DNA of 64,000 nucleotides from Takakia lepidozioides (Eukaryota > Plantae > Bryophyta), in assembly GCA_030704615.1 (NCBI GenBank), contig CM060732.1:4092001-4156000 (forward strand), in the 5' to 3' direction. A program made the position numbers and the translations under genes. The notes below the pieces were generated by a model that ran no database searches, had not been told where the DNA came from, and was given only the letters and a program-made list of their open reading frames with translations. This document shows positions 24,100 through 36,960 of the stretch, piece by piece (within the stretch, counting starts at the first letter, position 1; the number at the start of each line of letters is the position of its first letter).

Positions 24100-25563
24100 T
24101 TATTTGTGCATCGGTAGCAGCTTTGGTATGCCAAAAGTAGTTTGATAGCTTATGGTGGAGAACGGTGGATTGTGTCCATTTTTTAATGGGATCTCACTTT
24201 GGTAGTCTTGCCATGGAGCTTTCCCTTCTTCGTTCTCTGATCTTGTCTTAGAATCAGTTTCCCATTCATCGTATTCATCCTCTGAGTCATTTAGTTCAGG
24301 GATTTGTATGACATTGCCCCTCGGAGCTACTCTTTCTTCTGTCACAGCATACACAGATTTTCCTGGCTCTACATCTCCTCCTCAAGCTCAACGAGAATGT
24401 TCTCACATAACTCATGAAATTCTTGCTCCTTGTGGTCAGCCAACTCAACCGTGTCTAGAGGAAAGTATGCCACGTTGGTGCCTAGACCATACCTGATTCT
24501 TAAGGTCTCAGCAGCTCCAAACTTCTTTAAAAAGTCCATTCCTAGAAGCATATGTGTCCGTGTCCACCACCATAAAGTATGCCTAATTGGTTAGTTTTCC
24601 CACTATAACTTTGAGATCTTCCAACCTCAACTCCTCGTGGCGGGCTCCATAGCCACCGAGGCTACTCGATATGCGATCTCCTTGTCATTGACTACCTCCT
24701 TCATCGATCCCAAGTCCCTTAAAGTGCTGGCTACCATAATTGACACCATAGCTCCAGTGTTGATTTGTTTTGTGACCATGGCGTGGAGTGCCTTCACTTG
24801 CCCATTATAGGTGTATGCCACACTCTCTTGCTTGTGAATTTGCTCAACCCCAGCATGTTTGGTCTTGGTTGTCCAGTTTGTGTGCTTGTTGGTTTCCTTT
24901 GTCCTCTCAACCGCTTTGACCAAACTTTTTAGTTTCTCAAACTCCTCTGGCATGTTCATTATGACATCCATAAGTGACATGGAAATCCGCCCCCTGTAGA
25001 AATGGTTCAGAATCTTGGACTCTTCCAACAATAGTCTTTGACCATCTGGTCTGCATTCTATCTGGTGGAACACCACATGCCGGTGAGGCAGTTTCCTTGG
25101 GTGTTGCTCACACATCCTCTCTCACACCTTCTGTTGTGGAGTTAGGTGTTGGTAGTGTGATCAGGGTCCTTCTCTTTGTAGGCATTCGAACTTCATTCAT
25201 TGAGTGGTGACCAGCCATTATCTCGTTCAGTTCAGCCAAGACTGCCTCATCATCATCACACATCAATTCAAGTAGATTTGTGGTGTGCATTCCAGCTGTC
25301 CCCATTTCTGCCTTTGCCCTATATTGGTCTTCCGTGTGTCCCATCATCTTACAGAAGTCACATCGCTTTCCACACTGGTTAGTCCAGTGCCCATACTTGT
25401 GGCATTTTCCACACTTTAATGGTGTCCTCCCGGCTGGACAAAATGTTGTGTTATGTGTCATTCTTGCTGACAGTTGTTGCACACTTTGGACATACCACGT
25501 GGTGGTGTCCGGCTTTCTGTGGTTCAGCGTGAATGGGTCCCTTTTCAAAGTACCTTTTTCAGT
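24100..25563 (-). mobile_element. Degenerate Ty3 gag C-terminus/aspartic protease; continues at 38232-38400 beyond the CACTA insertion
   Basis: CGKCHKYGHWTNQC and CDFCKMMGH knuckles; INTGA (DTGA-like) and MLLGMDFL protease motifs; FQNIDEVVETAIQVEK on the other flank. Confidence 0.8.
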
Positions 25564-25589
25564 CACTACAACAGATGAGCGTTTTTATG

Positions 25590-26280
25590 ACTTCACATAT
25601 GACTATTTTTTCAGTCTTATATGCGTTCATGACTACATCACTCTGTAGTGAAAAAAGCCCTGTCATAGCGACTAGTCTTTAGGACTGCGTTTTGCAAGTC
25701 ATATCCGTGACTGCTTGCGTGGCACCTGGAGTCCTGCTGCAGAGAGGGTTGCAGTCACAACTATATGACTAATATATGACTACATTGTCTGTTGAGCGCT
25801 GCCTACATGGAGAGGCTTCAGCGGGACACGTGCGCCACTGCGCAAGCGACACGTCATGCATTCGTCAGGGGATCATATGACTATATGTCTGCAAAGTGAT
25901 GCCTACATGGAGAGGCGACGGATGGACACGTGCGCCACTGCGAATTTGACATGTCACGACTTCTTGCCATGATCATATGACTACATGTCTGCACAGTGAT
26001 GCCTACATGGAGAGGCGCTAGCGAGACACGTGTGCTATGGCAGATTTCACACGTGGTGACTACATGACTCGCTCATATGACTACAGGGATGTCTACATGG
26101 AGAGTTGTTAGCGGGACACCTGTTGCACTTGAGATGTGACATGTGGCACACAGACAAAATATATGACTAGCATATATGACTACGGATCTTTACACGTGGT
26201 GAAAATATGGATAAAGAATGTCGTGTCATATACTGCCACGTGTTCTGGTTTGAGCAAGAGTGATGCCACGTGTCATCAAG
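25590..26280. repeat. CACTA left subterminal repeats (ATGACTA motifs; ~100-bp units gcctacatggagaggc...gacacgtg)
   Basis: Four related units near 25800, 25900, 26000 and 26090, plus many catatgactac motifs. Confidence 0.85.
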
Positions 26281-26738
26281 ATTGTTTTCCGAAATATTTT
26301 ATTTTTTAATGTTCATATTTTATTTTTAGTTTTCATTTAATATTTAAAAGAACAGGGAGATTGCAGCCTTGGATTTTTTTTTAATGGTATTATTTTTAAT
26401 ATTATTATTTAAAATGAAAGTGAATTAAATGATTTAAAATCTTCATTACATGGTGAAATTCCAACATGAAAACAGAATGGATCCCTCCTGCATACTATCA
26501 ACCACAAGGAGAATGAAAATAGTCAACTACAGGGCAATACAAGCCCTATAAATCACATTACAAAAATCCAAATGAGACCAATGTCCCAATGGACACCTCA
26601 AAAGCCACAAGGTCAAAAAATCCATGCCTCAAAAGGCCCAGCCAAAAACAAGCAAGCCCACACATGGGCTGAATTGTTGTAGCTAGTATGTTCTAGTGCT
26701 ATTAGAATCAAGAACTCTGTTAAACAGTGCAATACTGA

Positions 26739-29700
26739 CTATCCCTTCCGCAGCTCCATAAGTTTCAGTAACTTTAGACTCCAAAGTGTTGTCTGGCCAA
26801 CCACCTGCCCCAACTCGGTCTGTTTCCTAACACCATTCACATATGGTAGAGGGGTGTTACTGACACATGCCTCTTTGATGTACACACAGGCATAATCAAG
26901 GGGCACAGCAGGGTACCCGTAACCCACCACAGCACCTTGAAGAGCAACAATCAGCCCTACTCCACATTTCTTGCGTTTGGAGTTCACATCCAACAGCCGA
27001 ACCTCGTCACCCACCCTGAACTGTGATCCCAACTCCACACAAAAAAGAACACGATGTGAAAACCCATGACATACACACGACTAGGACACTCAACATTTGC
27101 GAATTAAAGAGAGCCCCAAGGTTGGAAAAAATAAAACAAACAAGACAACGGCCTGGACTTACTCCATTTGCAGTCTCCAGTGGTGGTGAGACCTCTTTGG
27201 GGGGCTACTCGCCGGGTCGACACTCTTGCCCCTCGTCTGTACCGGCTTGTCGACAATATCACCTTTGTTTGTCACAAGTTCCTGTGTCACAGACCAGAGA
27301 ACAACCAGGAAAGCAATGAGCAAACAAGAATAGTGAATAGAAACAAAATCCAAGTATGAATCAAACAAAAAAAGCCAACATGAAAAGCTGCAAAGAAAAC
27401 CTAGCATTAATCAAGCAACCGAGGAGAAGCATCCAGGAAAGCAATGCAATGAATGAACCCACAAAATTGTAGCCTCTGGAGCACTGTCAGAATGTTTGTA
27501 CCTTCACAGTAGCAGTGTTGTATGGTTGTTGTCCGAAAACAGGCTGAGACTCCAAAAACTTGGGAATACTGGCAGCTTTCGATGCCTTCCACAAGAAAGG
27601 CCACAACACCTCTGTTAGATACTCATCAGTTGGTGAATCTGGTTGCACCTTCCATGGCTCTGGAAAAATCCCACTGAAGGGAGGATTGTTTGCCGCCTTT
27701 CTTGGTGTGTCGTCAACAAGAACAGTGTCCTCATAAGTCCATTCTGGCCAGTCTGCCCACACTGTAGACAAGTTCTTGAAATATAATGGCTTTGAATCAG
27801 ACCCCTTACGGCATGGGAGGACTGGATCCTCACAGTGAAGGGCATCCCACTGGAAAACCAGGTTAGTGTGGGCTGCAAAAATATAGTCCACCATTGGGAA
27901 GAAGTTGCGAGCTTGGCAACAAGACCACACCGCCACCTCAAAGTGTTCAAAACACTTTTGCAAAAAGTCATAACAGCGTGGTCTCAAAACTACCATCTTC
28001 TTGCCACACATCTTCCCCACAAAACCTTTGGGAAGGGATGCAGGCCCATTAGCAGAATGAAAAGATTCACATAACAGACCATTTAAGTCCAGAATTAGTA
28101 AATGCTTCCTCGTTGGTCCAGGAAGTAAACTGACATTTGGCTTCAACATGTGAGCAGGAGAAATTAAAGCAACCTTGCTTGTTTGTTTTGTCCCCGTCTG
28201 CATCTTCCTCCCCATTTAAACTCCCACATACCTGCATACCAGAATCCGGTGTGCCCGGCGGCTCTGTCACCATTGCCCCCTGGACTGCTACTGCCTTTGT
28301 ACGTGGCAAGGGCTGAATTTCCACGTGTACCTCACAGCTGGCCTTCCCTGTATCCTGCTGCTGCTCGGTCAAATTCAAAAGATCATCAGTGACAGGAAGA
28401 CATAAGGGCTTAGAGTGAGCACCAGTTACCGTCTGAAATTGGGATTCCAAACATTTTGATACTGTCACAGAAGACGTATCCATCGTAGATGTCACTGGTC
28501 CTGCGCCTGGTAGATTAATCCCCAATCTGGTCACAATGGCTTTCTGGTACTCAATCATACTCTGCATCTGTAATTTTAATTCTGCCATGTCACGTCCTTG
28601 TGATTCCACCAGTTTGTCCAAGCCATCCATCCTGCCAACTACTGTAGAATATGCGAGACTTCCCTCCTGCCAATCCATGAAAACTTGCCCAAGTATGAAT
28701 CAAACCAAAAAAACCTAGCATGAACAACCATTGGAAAGAAAACCCAGGCCAAAAGCCGTGAAAAAACCCTAGCAACCTATGATGCAGCAACCACTCTAGC
28801 AAACGTGGAAAACACACTTACCCGCCTGTCACTCCCAGCTGACAACCGTGACACTGAACCCTCTTGAATTTCACATAATGTAGGAGGGCACCCTGATAGT
28901 GTTTCCTACAAATTAATCCATGGCACAAACAAACCCATGCCACAAGTCAGTAAGCAATGTGAGGGTTGACTATATACACATAGCAATTCAATGAGGAACA
29001 AAATACAGAGTCGTGATGATGCCACTTACCAAGCGTGCTTCCACCATTGTCTTCCCACCACGGCCAGTCTTGGTAGGATTCAGAATTGCACCATTTGCCT
29101 TCTTCATGTTGCCCGACACTTTGTGGAACACCTCTGTCTGCCAGTAACTTACAAGCTTGTTCCATACCTCGTCAGATACAGTAATGGGTTTCCCCTTACC
29201 ACCCAACCACGCAGTGTGTGCTTCATAACGCTGGCTCTTCATTATTCTGCCAATTGTTTGTTTTAGGTGGAAGTCTTTTAACTTGTGTGGCGTATATGAA
29301 AATAGCTTAGCCAGGTGATCTCTGATTTCGTATACAACTTCATCAGGTTGGTTGTTGATGGCAAGGGAACAATCTAGCTTGCGATAAGCCTGTCCTTTAA
29401 GGGCAGCGTGCCATACATTCCGGGTCTGACCATACGGGGCTCCTTTGAGGTTCGTCAAAATCACCGTGGGAGGAAGACCTGCAGCTATTCTCTCTTCCTT
29501 CACCTTGGCAGCTTCAATTTTGGCTGAGCTATTAGCCCTCCTTAAAGCATTGGTTCTATCATTCTTTGAAACGGCACCCTCCCCTCCTTCAGAGACCTCC
29601 GTGCGCTCAGGAGAATTCAAAGCAGGATCCTGCCAAGTAGGGACTGGTGGCCATGGCTGTTGGCCAGAAGGCCGAGGACCATACTGGCCATACTGTCCAT

Positions 29701-31019
29701 AAGCAGGAGGATATTCCGGTGGCCTGCCACCCCCATAGCTATTAGGGGGTGGCAAATATGGTGGAGGAGGATACTGGCCATACTGCCCATATGGAGGAGC
29801 ACCATATTGACCCTGACCATACTGAGTGCCAGACTGTGGGTACTGAGGCATACCATAATAAGGTGGGGGTACTGGTGGCACAGAACCCACAACGATGGGA
29901 GAGTTAGGGCCACCTCCTGCGTTCTTGTGGGCGCCATCTCCATTGCTAGCAGCAGGGATCGTGGATCCAGTGCGCTTGTGCTTGCCCTGAAAAGAAATTC
30001 CCCAGTACAATGTGGGTGATTACACATACATATAGGCAGCAAGCAGCAAATCCTTGAATTCAATATAACAAACTGGAAGCACATATCATTTGTAAAGACA
30101 AGATTACCCAAAACTCAGTATGATCTTGGGCAGTAAATCTCCCAAATTTGATTGGCCCCAATGATGTCCTCCCAGTACATTTTTGAGCCCTCTTAGGTAT
30201 GGGGTGTTCCTGAAATCCATAGCAAGAATTCAAATGGACAAACCTGATGGGTCCATGAGAAGTATCCCTCCAAGTTTTACTGATATTCTGGGTGCATAAG
30301 TAACCCAAGTATCTCTATAAGTAGCCATTGTAGCTTAGTACCAGGACGTTGGTTTCATGGGGCAAAGAATTTGAACACACCTGAAGTCTACATTGGCCTG
30401 ACATCATGCCTTTGGCACTTCAACTTGTCTAGTGGAAATCATTTGTGATTGTGCCTTGGCTGACCCCTGCATTGTCCAACTTCCCTGTCTTGACAGACAT
30501 ACCCTATCTCTTCATGATCTTACCATACCCTATCTCTTCGTGATTTTACCAAAAACATACATAATTTGAATCATGGTCATTGTGAAGAACTATAACTCAC
30601 AGACGGAGAAGGTGTTCGTAGTGTAGATGATGGGCGTTTTTGTCCTGCGACATGAGCATGGGCATGTTCTCCTCGGCTTGCCGTGGCATCCGCCGACGAC
30701 GCACTCGCCTCGCACTGGCGTGGGAGGAGTGGATCGTCCTCATCGTCCTCAGAAGAGCCCTCATGCAGAATCGTAGTCTTCATCGTCTTCAGTCTGGCAC
30801 TTTGCCTTGCAGGACCTTGATCCCTAGCTTTTTCCTTCGGAGCGCGTGGCTTGCGAGGGCGATTCGCTCCCGCAAGCCTGCACAAACACCTCCATGACCT
30901 CCCTCTCAAACAATCACAAACAAATGCAAGCATACATACCCTAATACTCTTAAGCCTACGCTGAACCACAGCCGCACCCTACCAGGACGTAATGGCTGCC
31001 CACGAATGACGGCGGACAT
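26739..31019 (-). CDS. CACTA second gene (TnpA-like), ~900+ aa, spliced: low-complexity + Ptta-like + coiled coil + FCP1/NIF phosphatase-like + Tnp1/En-Spm-like. Exons ~30601-30877, 29030-29986, 28822-28905, 28232-28666, 27502-28140, 27163-27281, 26739-27015; first exon uncertain
   Basis: GT-AG junctions give a continuous frame; WNKLVSYWQT...KANG...TKTGRGG (Ptta-like); VGDEVRLL...PLPY...LGQVVGQTTLW (Tnp1/En-Spm-like). Confidence 0.72.
27502..28140 (-). CDS. FCP1/SCP-like (NIF) HAD phosphatase domain exon
   Basis: RKHLLILDLNGLL...VVLRPRCYDFLQKCFEHFEVAVWS...LVFQWD..HC...KPLYFKNLSTVW...DTVLVDDTPRKAANNP..SGIFP: HAD motifs I-IV with no stops. Confidence 0.88.
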
Positions 31020-31443
31020 CTCCCGCCTAATGACACACCCTCCTCAAACCTAATCGTCACTCACTGCATGTTGTTTGCCTCTCTGTTTGTACAAGTCGCA
31101 GCTACTCGCCCCCATTTGTGCTATGAAGCTTATGATCGCTGTAGGAAGGTTAGAGGATAAGGCGAATCGCAAGTTTAGTGGGTGGGTATCCAAAGTCAGG
31201 AACTAAACTCACCCATCTATCGACTGCTTGAACGTTGCTTCCACCTCCTTTATGGCAGCAATCCGGCGCTCTCGGAACTTCTCGTACTCAGTGAGAGGGA
31301 CTGTCACTTCGAAGACCTTCCGCTTCACCATGGACACTCAGAAACGATACTTATAGTATACTATAGATATAGAAATAGCACATTGGCAGCTGGTGCATGC
31401 ACTGTGCGTAGCATGCAAAGAGGGAAGGGGTGACGTTCAAAGC

Positions 31444-34400
31444 ATGTACAGTGCAGGTGGCGAACGGATGCGTAGGCGTAGAATAGATGACCGTCTATGG
31501 CGAATGGAAGAAGCTTATGCCACAAGGAATGGGCATACAAAAATGCTATGCAACTGCGATGAGTGTCATGGAGGAAAAGTACTGTTGTTGGAAACAGTGA
31601 GGAATCATTACATGATACACGGGAGGGATCCTCTTCTCCAACGCTGTTCTCTTCCGGTAAGATCGTCACTTTCCCTTCAGCACTTTAGTTTGAATTTTGA
31701 ATGCAACGATCCTCTTCTCCACATGTCGACATTTCGTTGGGTGATTGTAGTCAAGAAGTCATAAGATACAGACGTGACTATGACTACGCCACTTCCGTTA
31801 TCACTTTAATTAATGCACATGTCGTGTTTTCATTGGTCATGTGTAGTCATGTAGTCATATATGACTAAGTAAGTGACTGCAACTATGACTTCAATGGTTA
31901 CAAATGTCGTGTTTTGATTGGGTGTATATTCATAAGATACATACGTAAATATGACTGCATCACTGCAACGTCACCGTGCCTCCTATGTCATAATATGAAC
32001 AAGTGTCACATCGTTGTTGGTCCACTCACAAGATGACTATTGGGATGCAGGGATGTGAATATTCAGATGATGAAGACGAAGGCCCTGCGGCACAGCGGGA
32101 GCCCAATGTCACAGAGAACGCAGATGAGAGTGGTGGATTGGAGGTAAAATGCAGCGTGCATTGCAGGAAGCGTTTCTCTTTGCAGATGCAAACAGAGAGG
32201 ACCCCATTCATGGTGGAACCGATCACACATTTGCCGATCATGACGATGATCTCGACGATTCCGGAGACAATGAATTTGATGAGAATGCTCACCTGCACGT
32301 TGATCCCGAGTATGATAAACTCTTCCGACAGTCGCAATGTCCACTTTTTGAAGGGTGCTCCATCAGCCGGCTGCAAGCAACTTTGACGTTGTTGAACGCA
32401 TGCACTACCCACAAGTGCACCAATGCATTTGTGGATGAGCTTCTGGGATTGTTGCGTAAGAGTTTTTTGCCTAAAGAGAATTCATTGCCGAAAACTCACT
32501 ATGAAGCAAAAACCATGATTGCCAAGATGGGATTGCAGTACACGATGATTCATGCCTGTGAGCGTGGTTGTGTACTCTTCCGTGGGGAGTATGAGAATGT
32601 AGACATTTGCCCAGTGTGCCGCAGTTCCCGTTACATTCCAGGTCGTGGAAGTGTGCCCAAGAAAGTATTGCGACACTTCCCTGTCATTCCAAGGTTGAAA
32701 CGTATGTACCGATGTAAATCGATCGCTAACCTCATGACATGGCACGACAGACATAAGAGCCAGGATGGGTTGGTTCGACATCCAGCTGATAGCAAAGCAT
32801 GGAGACACATTGACACCACATTTGCGGATTTTGCTGCAGAGCCACGATCTCTGCGATTTGGATTGGCCTTAGACGGTGTAAATCCCTACGGAGCTCAATC
32901 CACAAGTTGGAGCACATGGCCCGTTCTCTTGGTCAATTACAATCTGCCTCCGTGGTTAATGACCAAAAAGTTCTTTGTCATGTTAGCGCTACTGATTCCT
33001 GGTAAGGAGTCTGTTACCTCGGACAACGTAGATGTTTACCTGATGCCCCTAGTGGAAGAGCTACTGGAACTATGGAGAGGGATTGCAGCTCATGATGTTT
33101 CCCGTCCTCGTGGTCAACGCGAATTCACACTGAGGGCAGTGTTGATGTGGTCAATCCATGACTACCCTGCATATGGCTTGCTCTCAGGTCAAGTGACGAA
33201 AGGTTATGCTGGTTGTCCAGCTTGTGGACCCGGGGTGACTTCACAGCAGTTACACACATGTGGAAAAATTGTTTTCCTAGGCCACCGAAGATTTTTGGCC
33301 CGCAATCATCCATATAGAAGGTCAAGAATGTTCAATGGCGCTACTGAGCATGGAACTCCTCCAAAAACGCAGACTGGAACACAAATCAAGGACCTTGCAA
33401 CAGCTCGCACTGCATGGGTGGAAAACGGAGGGACGCCAGATAGCAGGACAGACCCACAAAAACTCATGGAGTTAAGCGATTGTCAATTTTATATGTCTTA
33501 CCTTATTGGGAGGTAATTCCTTCATGGCCTTTAAATTGGCTGTGTACATTTTTGCGTTTTCTGTTTAAATTGTGATGAGTAAATGCTCAATTGCTTATGT
33601 GTTCATTTTGTAGGGTCTCCTCATCCGCCACACGTTTGACGCAATGCATTGCGAGAAGAACTTGGCTGAAAATATTATTAAAACTATCTTTGGTGAGAAA
33701 GACACATTGAAAGTTCGCCGTGATTTGGAGCTACTTGGGATGCGCCCGGAATTGTGGCTACAACGTGATCCTGACAGAGCAGATACGTTAATTATGCCTC
33801 CTGCCCCTTATGTCCTCACTGAGGCTGAGTTACAAGTCTTTCTGGAGATTGTGCAGAACTTGAAAGTGCCAACAGGCTACGCATCAGCTTTCAAAAAGCA
33901 TGTGGTGAAGAAGAAGTTGTCTGGCATGAAATCACATGACTATCATGTGCTCATGCAGCAAATTATACCGCTTGCTATCCGTGGGCTCATGCCAAGTGGT
34001 CCTCGAAGGGCCATTTTGCGAGTATGTCGTGTATTTAAGAAGTTGTGTGCAAAAGTGGTGAATCCCTGTAGAGTATGAGGAATTGAGAACTGAAGCAGTT
34101 CTCACTCTGTGTCTTATAGAGAAGGAGTTCCCACCATCATTTTTTGATGTGATGACACATCTGGTTGTTCACCTAGTGGATGAGTTGTACTTATGCGGGC
34201 CCGTAGCATCTCGTTGGATGTACCCCATGGAGCGGGCAATGAAAGATATGAAGGGCTACGTAAGAAACATGGCAAGGCCCGAGGGGAGCATGGCAGAAGG
34301 ATACCAATTTGAAGAAGCATTGGGTTTTTGCACAGAGTATATGGCAGGATTTGATGGAAGTGTACGAAGGGTGTGGGATGCAGATGAGGCAGAATCTGTG

Positions 34401-35594
34401 GAACGTGAAGTTGTGGAAGGAAGTTCTAAAGCCCGAAAATTGAATGTCTTGTGTGATATTGTACATGAGTACATCATTCAGAACCATCCTCGTCTATCAG
34501 TCATGTTGGGGTAAGAAATCTACTTCATTGACATTCAAATTTCCAAGTTTTGGTCATTTATCATTAGTTGGCATATGGCGTCTTTTCAAATCTCCCACGC
34601 CACCTCTGTCAATCTCCTGGCTGACCCTCGGATTGTGACAGGATATATGAAGCAGAGTCCACATGGATAGAAGCCAGACGACGCTTGTTTCGTGAGGAGC
34701 AAGGGCTGGAAGGCATGAGCAATCCCACGGCAATTCAGTACCCTCCTGATTTGCATCCTTGTCCTCCATTTGCTGTTTGGCTCCCTCAAGGTGTACGGGA
34801 TCATCTCTCAATTCAATCAGATGGGCTTGATCCTACAACACGTGAGGAATTACTGGATCTTTCAAGGCCTCCATCATTTACTGCCCTGTCATTCAAGAGT
34901 ATGACAGCGTATGGTAACCATTACAGGGTTACATCCCCCGACATGAACACAACAAGTATGGTGTCTTTTGATTGTGGAGTCTCATCTGTTTTCCAGCACC
35001 AGCCCATTACCAACAATTCAGGCAATGACATGGAGGAACCTACAAGATATGTGGGTCTTATAAGGGAGATTTTGCAAATTGACTATGGCCAAACACAGTC
35101 TATAGTGTTTTTGTGTTCATGGGTATGGGCGAGTCGCGTGGGTCGTCAACCTATGTCAATGAAGCAGGATGATGCTGGCTTCACACTTGTCAATTTTAAC
35201 CGTATGCTTCCACCTTCTGAGCAACCTTTTGTGTTTCCTGGCCAGGTTGATCAAGTGTTTTTTTCTGATTGTGTGAAGGAGCCGGGGTGGAAAGTCGTCT
35301 GGAGAAGAGCCCCGAGCACGTAGAGTGGTCTGCGACATATCAATTGATAATGATGATGTGGCGGAAGTGGAAGGATTGTTAGCCCCACAAAGACTAGAGG
35401 AGACTCTGGTTATTGATGGCCCAACATGCAGCCGAGCGGTACCGGTTACTCCAGAGCAGGTGGCCTCCTTGTACCTCCGGGCACCCCGTATACGTGGTGA
35501 TGATGTTCAGCCAACCCTTGGACAAGATCAAGTCTGTGATGAAGACAGTGATACATGTAGTGACCCAGACATAGATGAGGATGATGAAGATTAG
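31444..35594 (+). CDS. CACTA Tnp2/TnpD transposase (Transpos_assoc, Transposase_21, DUF4218, DUF4216); exons 31444-31656, 32051-33512, 33614-34510, 34642-35594; ~4 frameshifts
   Basis: CNCDEC...TVRNH; IHAC..GCVLF; RHPADSKAW; GLALDGVNPY; YNLPPW; HDYPAY; MHCEKN; GMKSHDYH; FPPSFFDVMTHL; RWMYPMER; QPFVFPGQVDQVFF. Confidence 0.93.
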
Positions 35595-35699
35595 ATATGC
35601 GCGATTTGTGCACTCCAGTTATAGACCATGCATGATAGTTTAAGGTGGTAACACTCCCTTCGCATCCCATTAAGATATCATGCTTGGACACTGGATTTT

Positions 35700-36960
35700 A
35701 TGATCAATTATGGAGTGCTTTCCTTTCAGCACCCTTTATTCATTTGTTGTTGCAATTGGCTTTGGACCAACCCGTGCTGGTACCATTGCCATGGGTTCTG
35801 CCTGCAATGTTTTCTTGCCATGGATTCGGCACACGCCACGAAAGGCCATCCAGACCATCCTCTGGAAATGCTCCAATGTTGTTTCAAACATCTCCACATT
35901 GCAATGGATACAACACTGACATTAGATGAGTGAAAGTGAGACTAGACCTCCAGCTAGCCGGCTTTCCCACATCAAATTGAAGGGGATCTGTAGATTATAG
36001 ATAACGGCTGTTGCCTTCTCAATGTCTTTTCCAATCACCTCTGCAATGAACTGGGGTATAAGATCCTTCAAATCACAAGTTTGAGCATCACGCACAAGCC
36101 ACTTACGGGGATAGAGTTTCCAATGCGAACCATTGGTCTTTTATTGATAGCATTGTTGTAAAATACATGGACCAACATGGTCAATTTCGGGAATGACATA
36201 TAGTACGCTTTCATGTACTATGTAAGCATGCAACTATGTACCTGTGATGTGGCTTGTTCGCCACTTAACCTGTTTGCCCATTCAGCCAGCTCCACATTGT
36301 CATGGATTTTGCATGCTGGATTGTGAGGCCATCCACACCGTCCTCTGGAAATGCTATCATGGGGTTTCAGCTATGTCCACATTTCCCTGGATTATGCCTG
36401 CACGAAGCAAGGCCAACTGCATTCAGCACCCTCCACTTTATTATAGTATTGCAGCAACATTCAAAGCACTTCAATTTGTATCCATCGAAAACATCTAGGC
36501 TGGAAAAAGACATTGTTGCAGCAGAACTTAGGAAAGTACTTCTCCCCTTCCACTACACACGTGAAATGAAAGAAGCCAACCAACAGCATACCAGCCAAGA
36601 AAATATGAAACCAGCCAAGAAAAGAGCCAATATATGCAGTGAAGGTCGACACTAAATGAAACTTATCCAACACTTACATTAGAGGAGGGAAGCTAAGTCT
36701 TACCTCCATAAGCTTGCCCACATCAAATTTGGGAGCTTTCAGAATTTTTCCTTTCCGGTTGAATGAACTTGACTACAAGATCCTTCAAATCACAAGTTTG
36801 AGCTTCACACACAATGAACTTGCAGGGATTGAGCTTCCAATGCGAACCAGGAATCTTATATTGATAGCATTGTTGTAAAACACATGGACCAACAATGACA
36901 GTCTCTGGAATGACATATAGTACAGTAATGACATATAGTACAGCATGCCGCTTCCAGTTG
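35700..36960. repeat. Internal duplications within the CACTA (35700-35930 ~ 36290-36450; 36060-36240 ~ 36780-36950)
   Basis: agatccttcaaatcacaagtttgagc and ggccatcca.acc.tcctctggaaatgct each occur twice. Confidence 0.75.

Noticed and set aside
25790-26180. CRISPR-like repeat-spacer array
   Set aside because: Spacers are homologous to each other, the context is eukaryotic and no cas genes are present; these are CACTA subterminal repeats
28198-28231. 34-nt intron as the link into the phosphatase exon
   Set aside because: In phase but too short for a typical plant intron; the 91-nt alternative has a better pyrimidine tract
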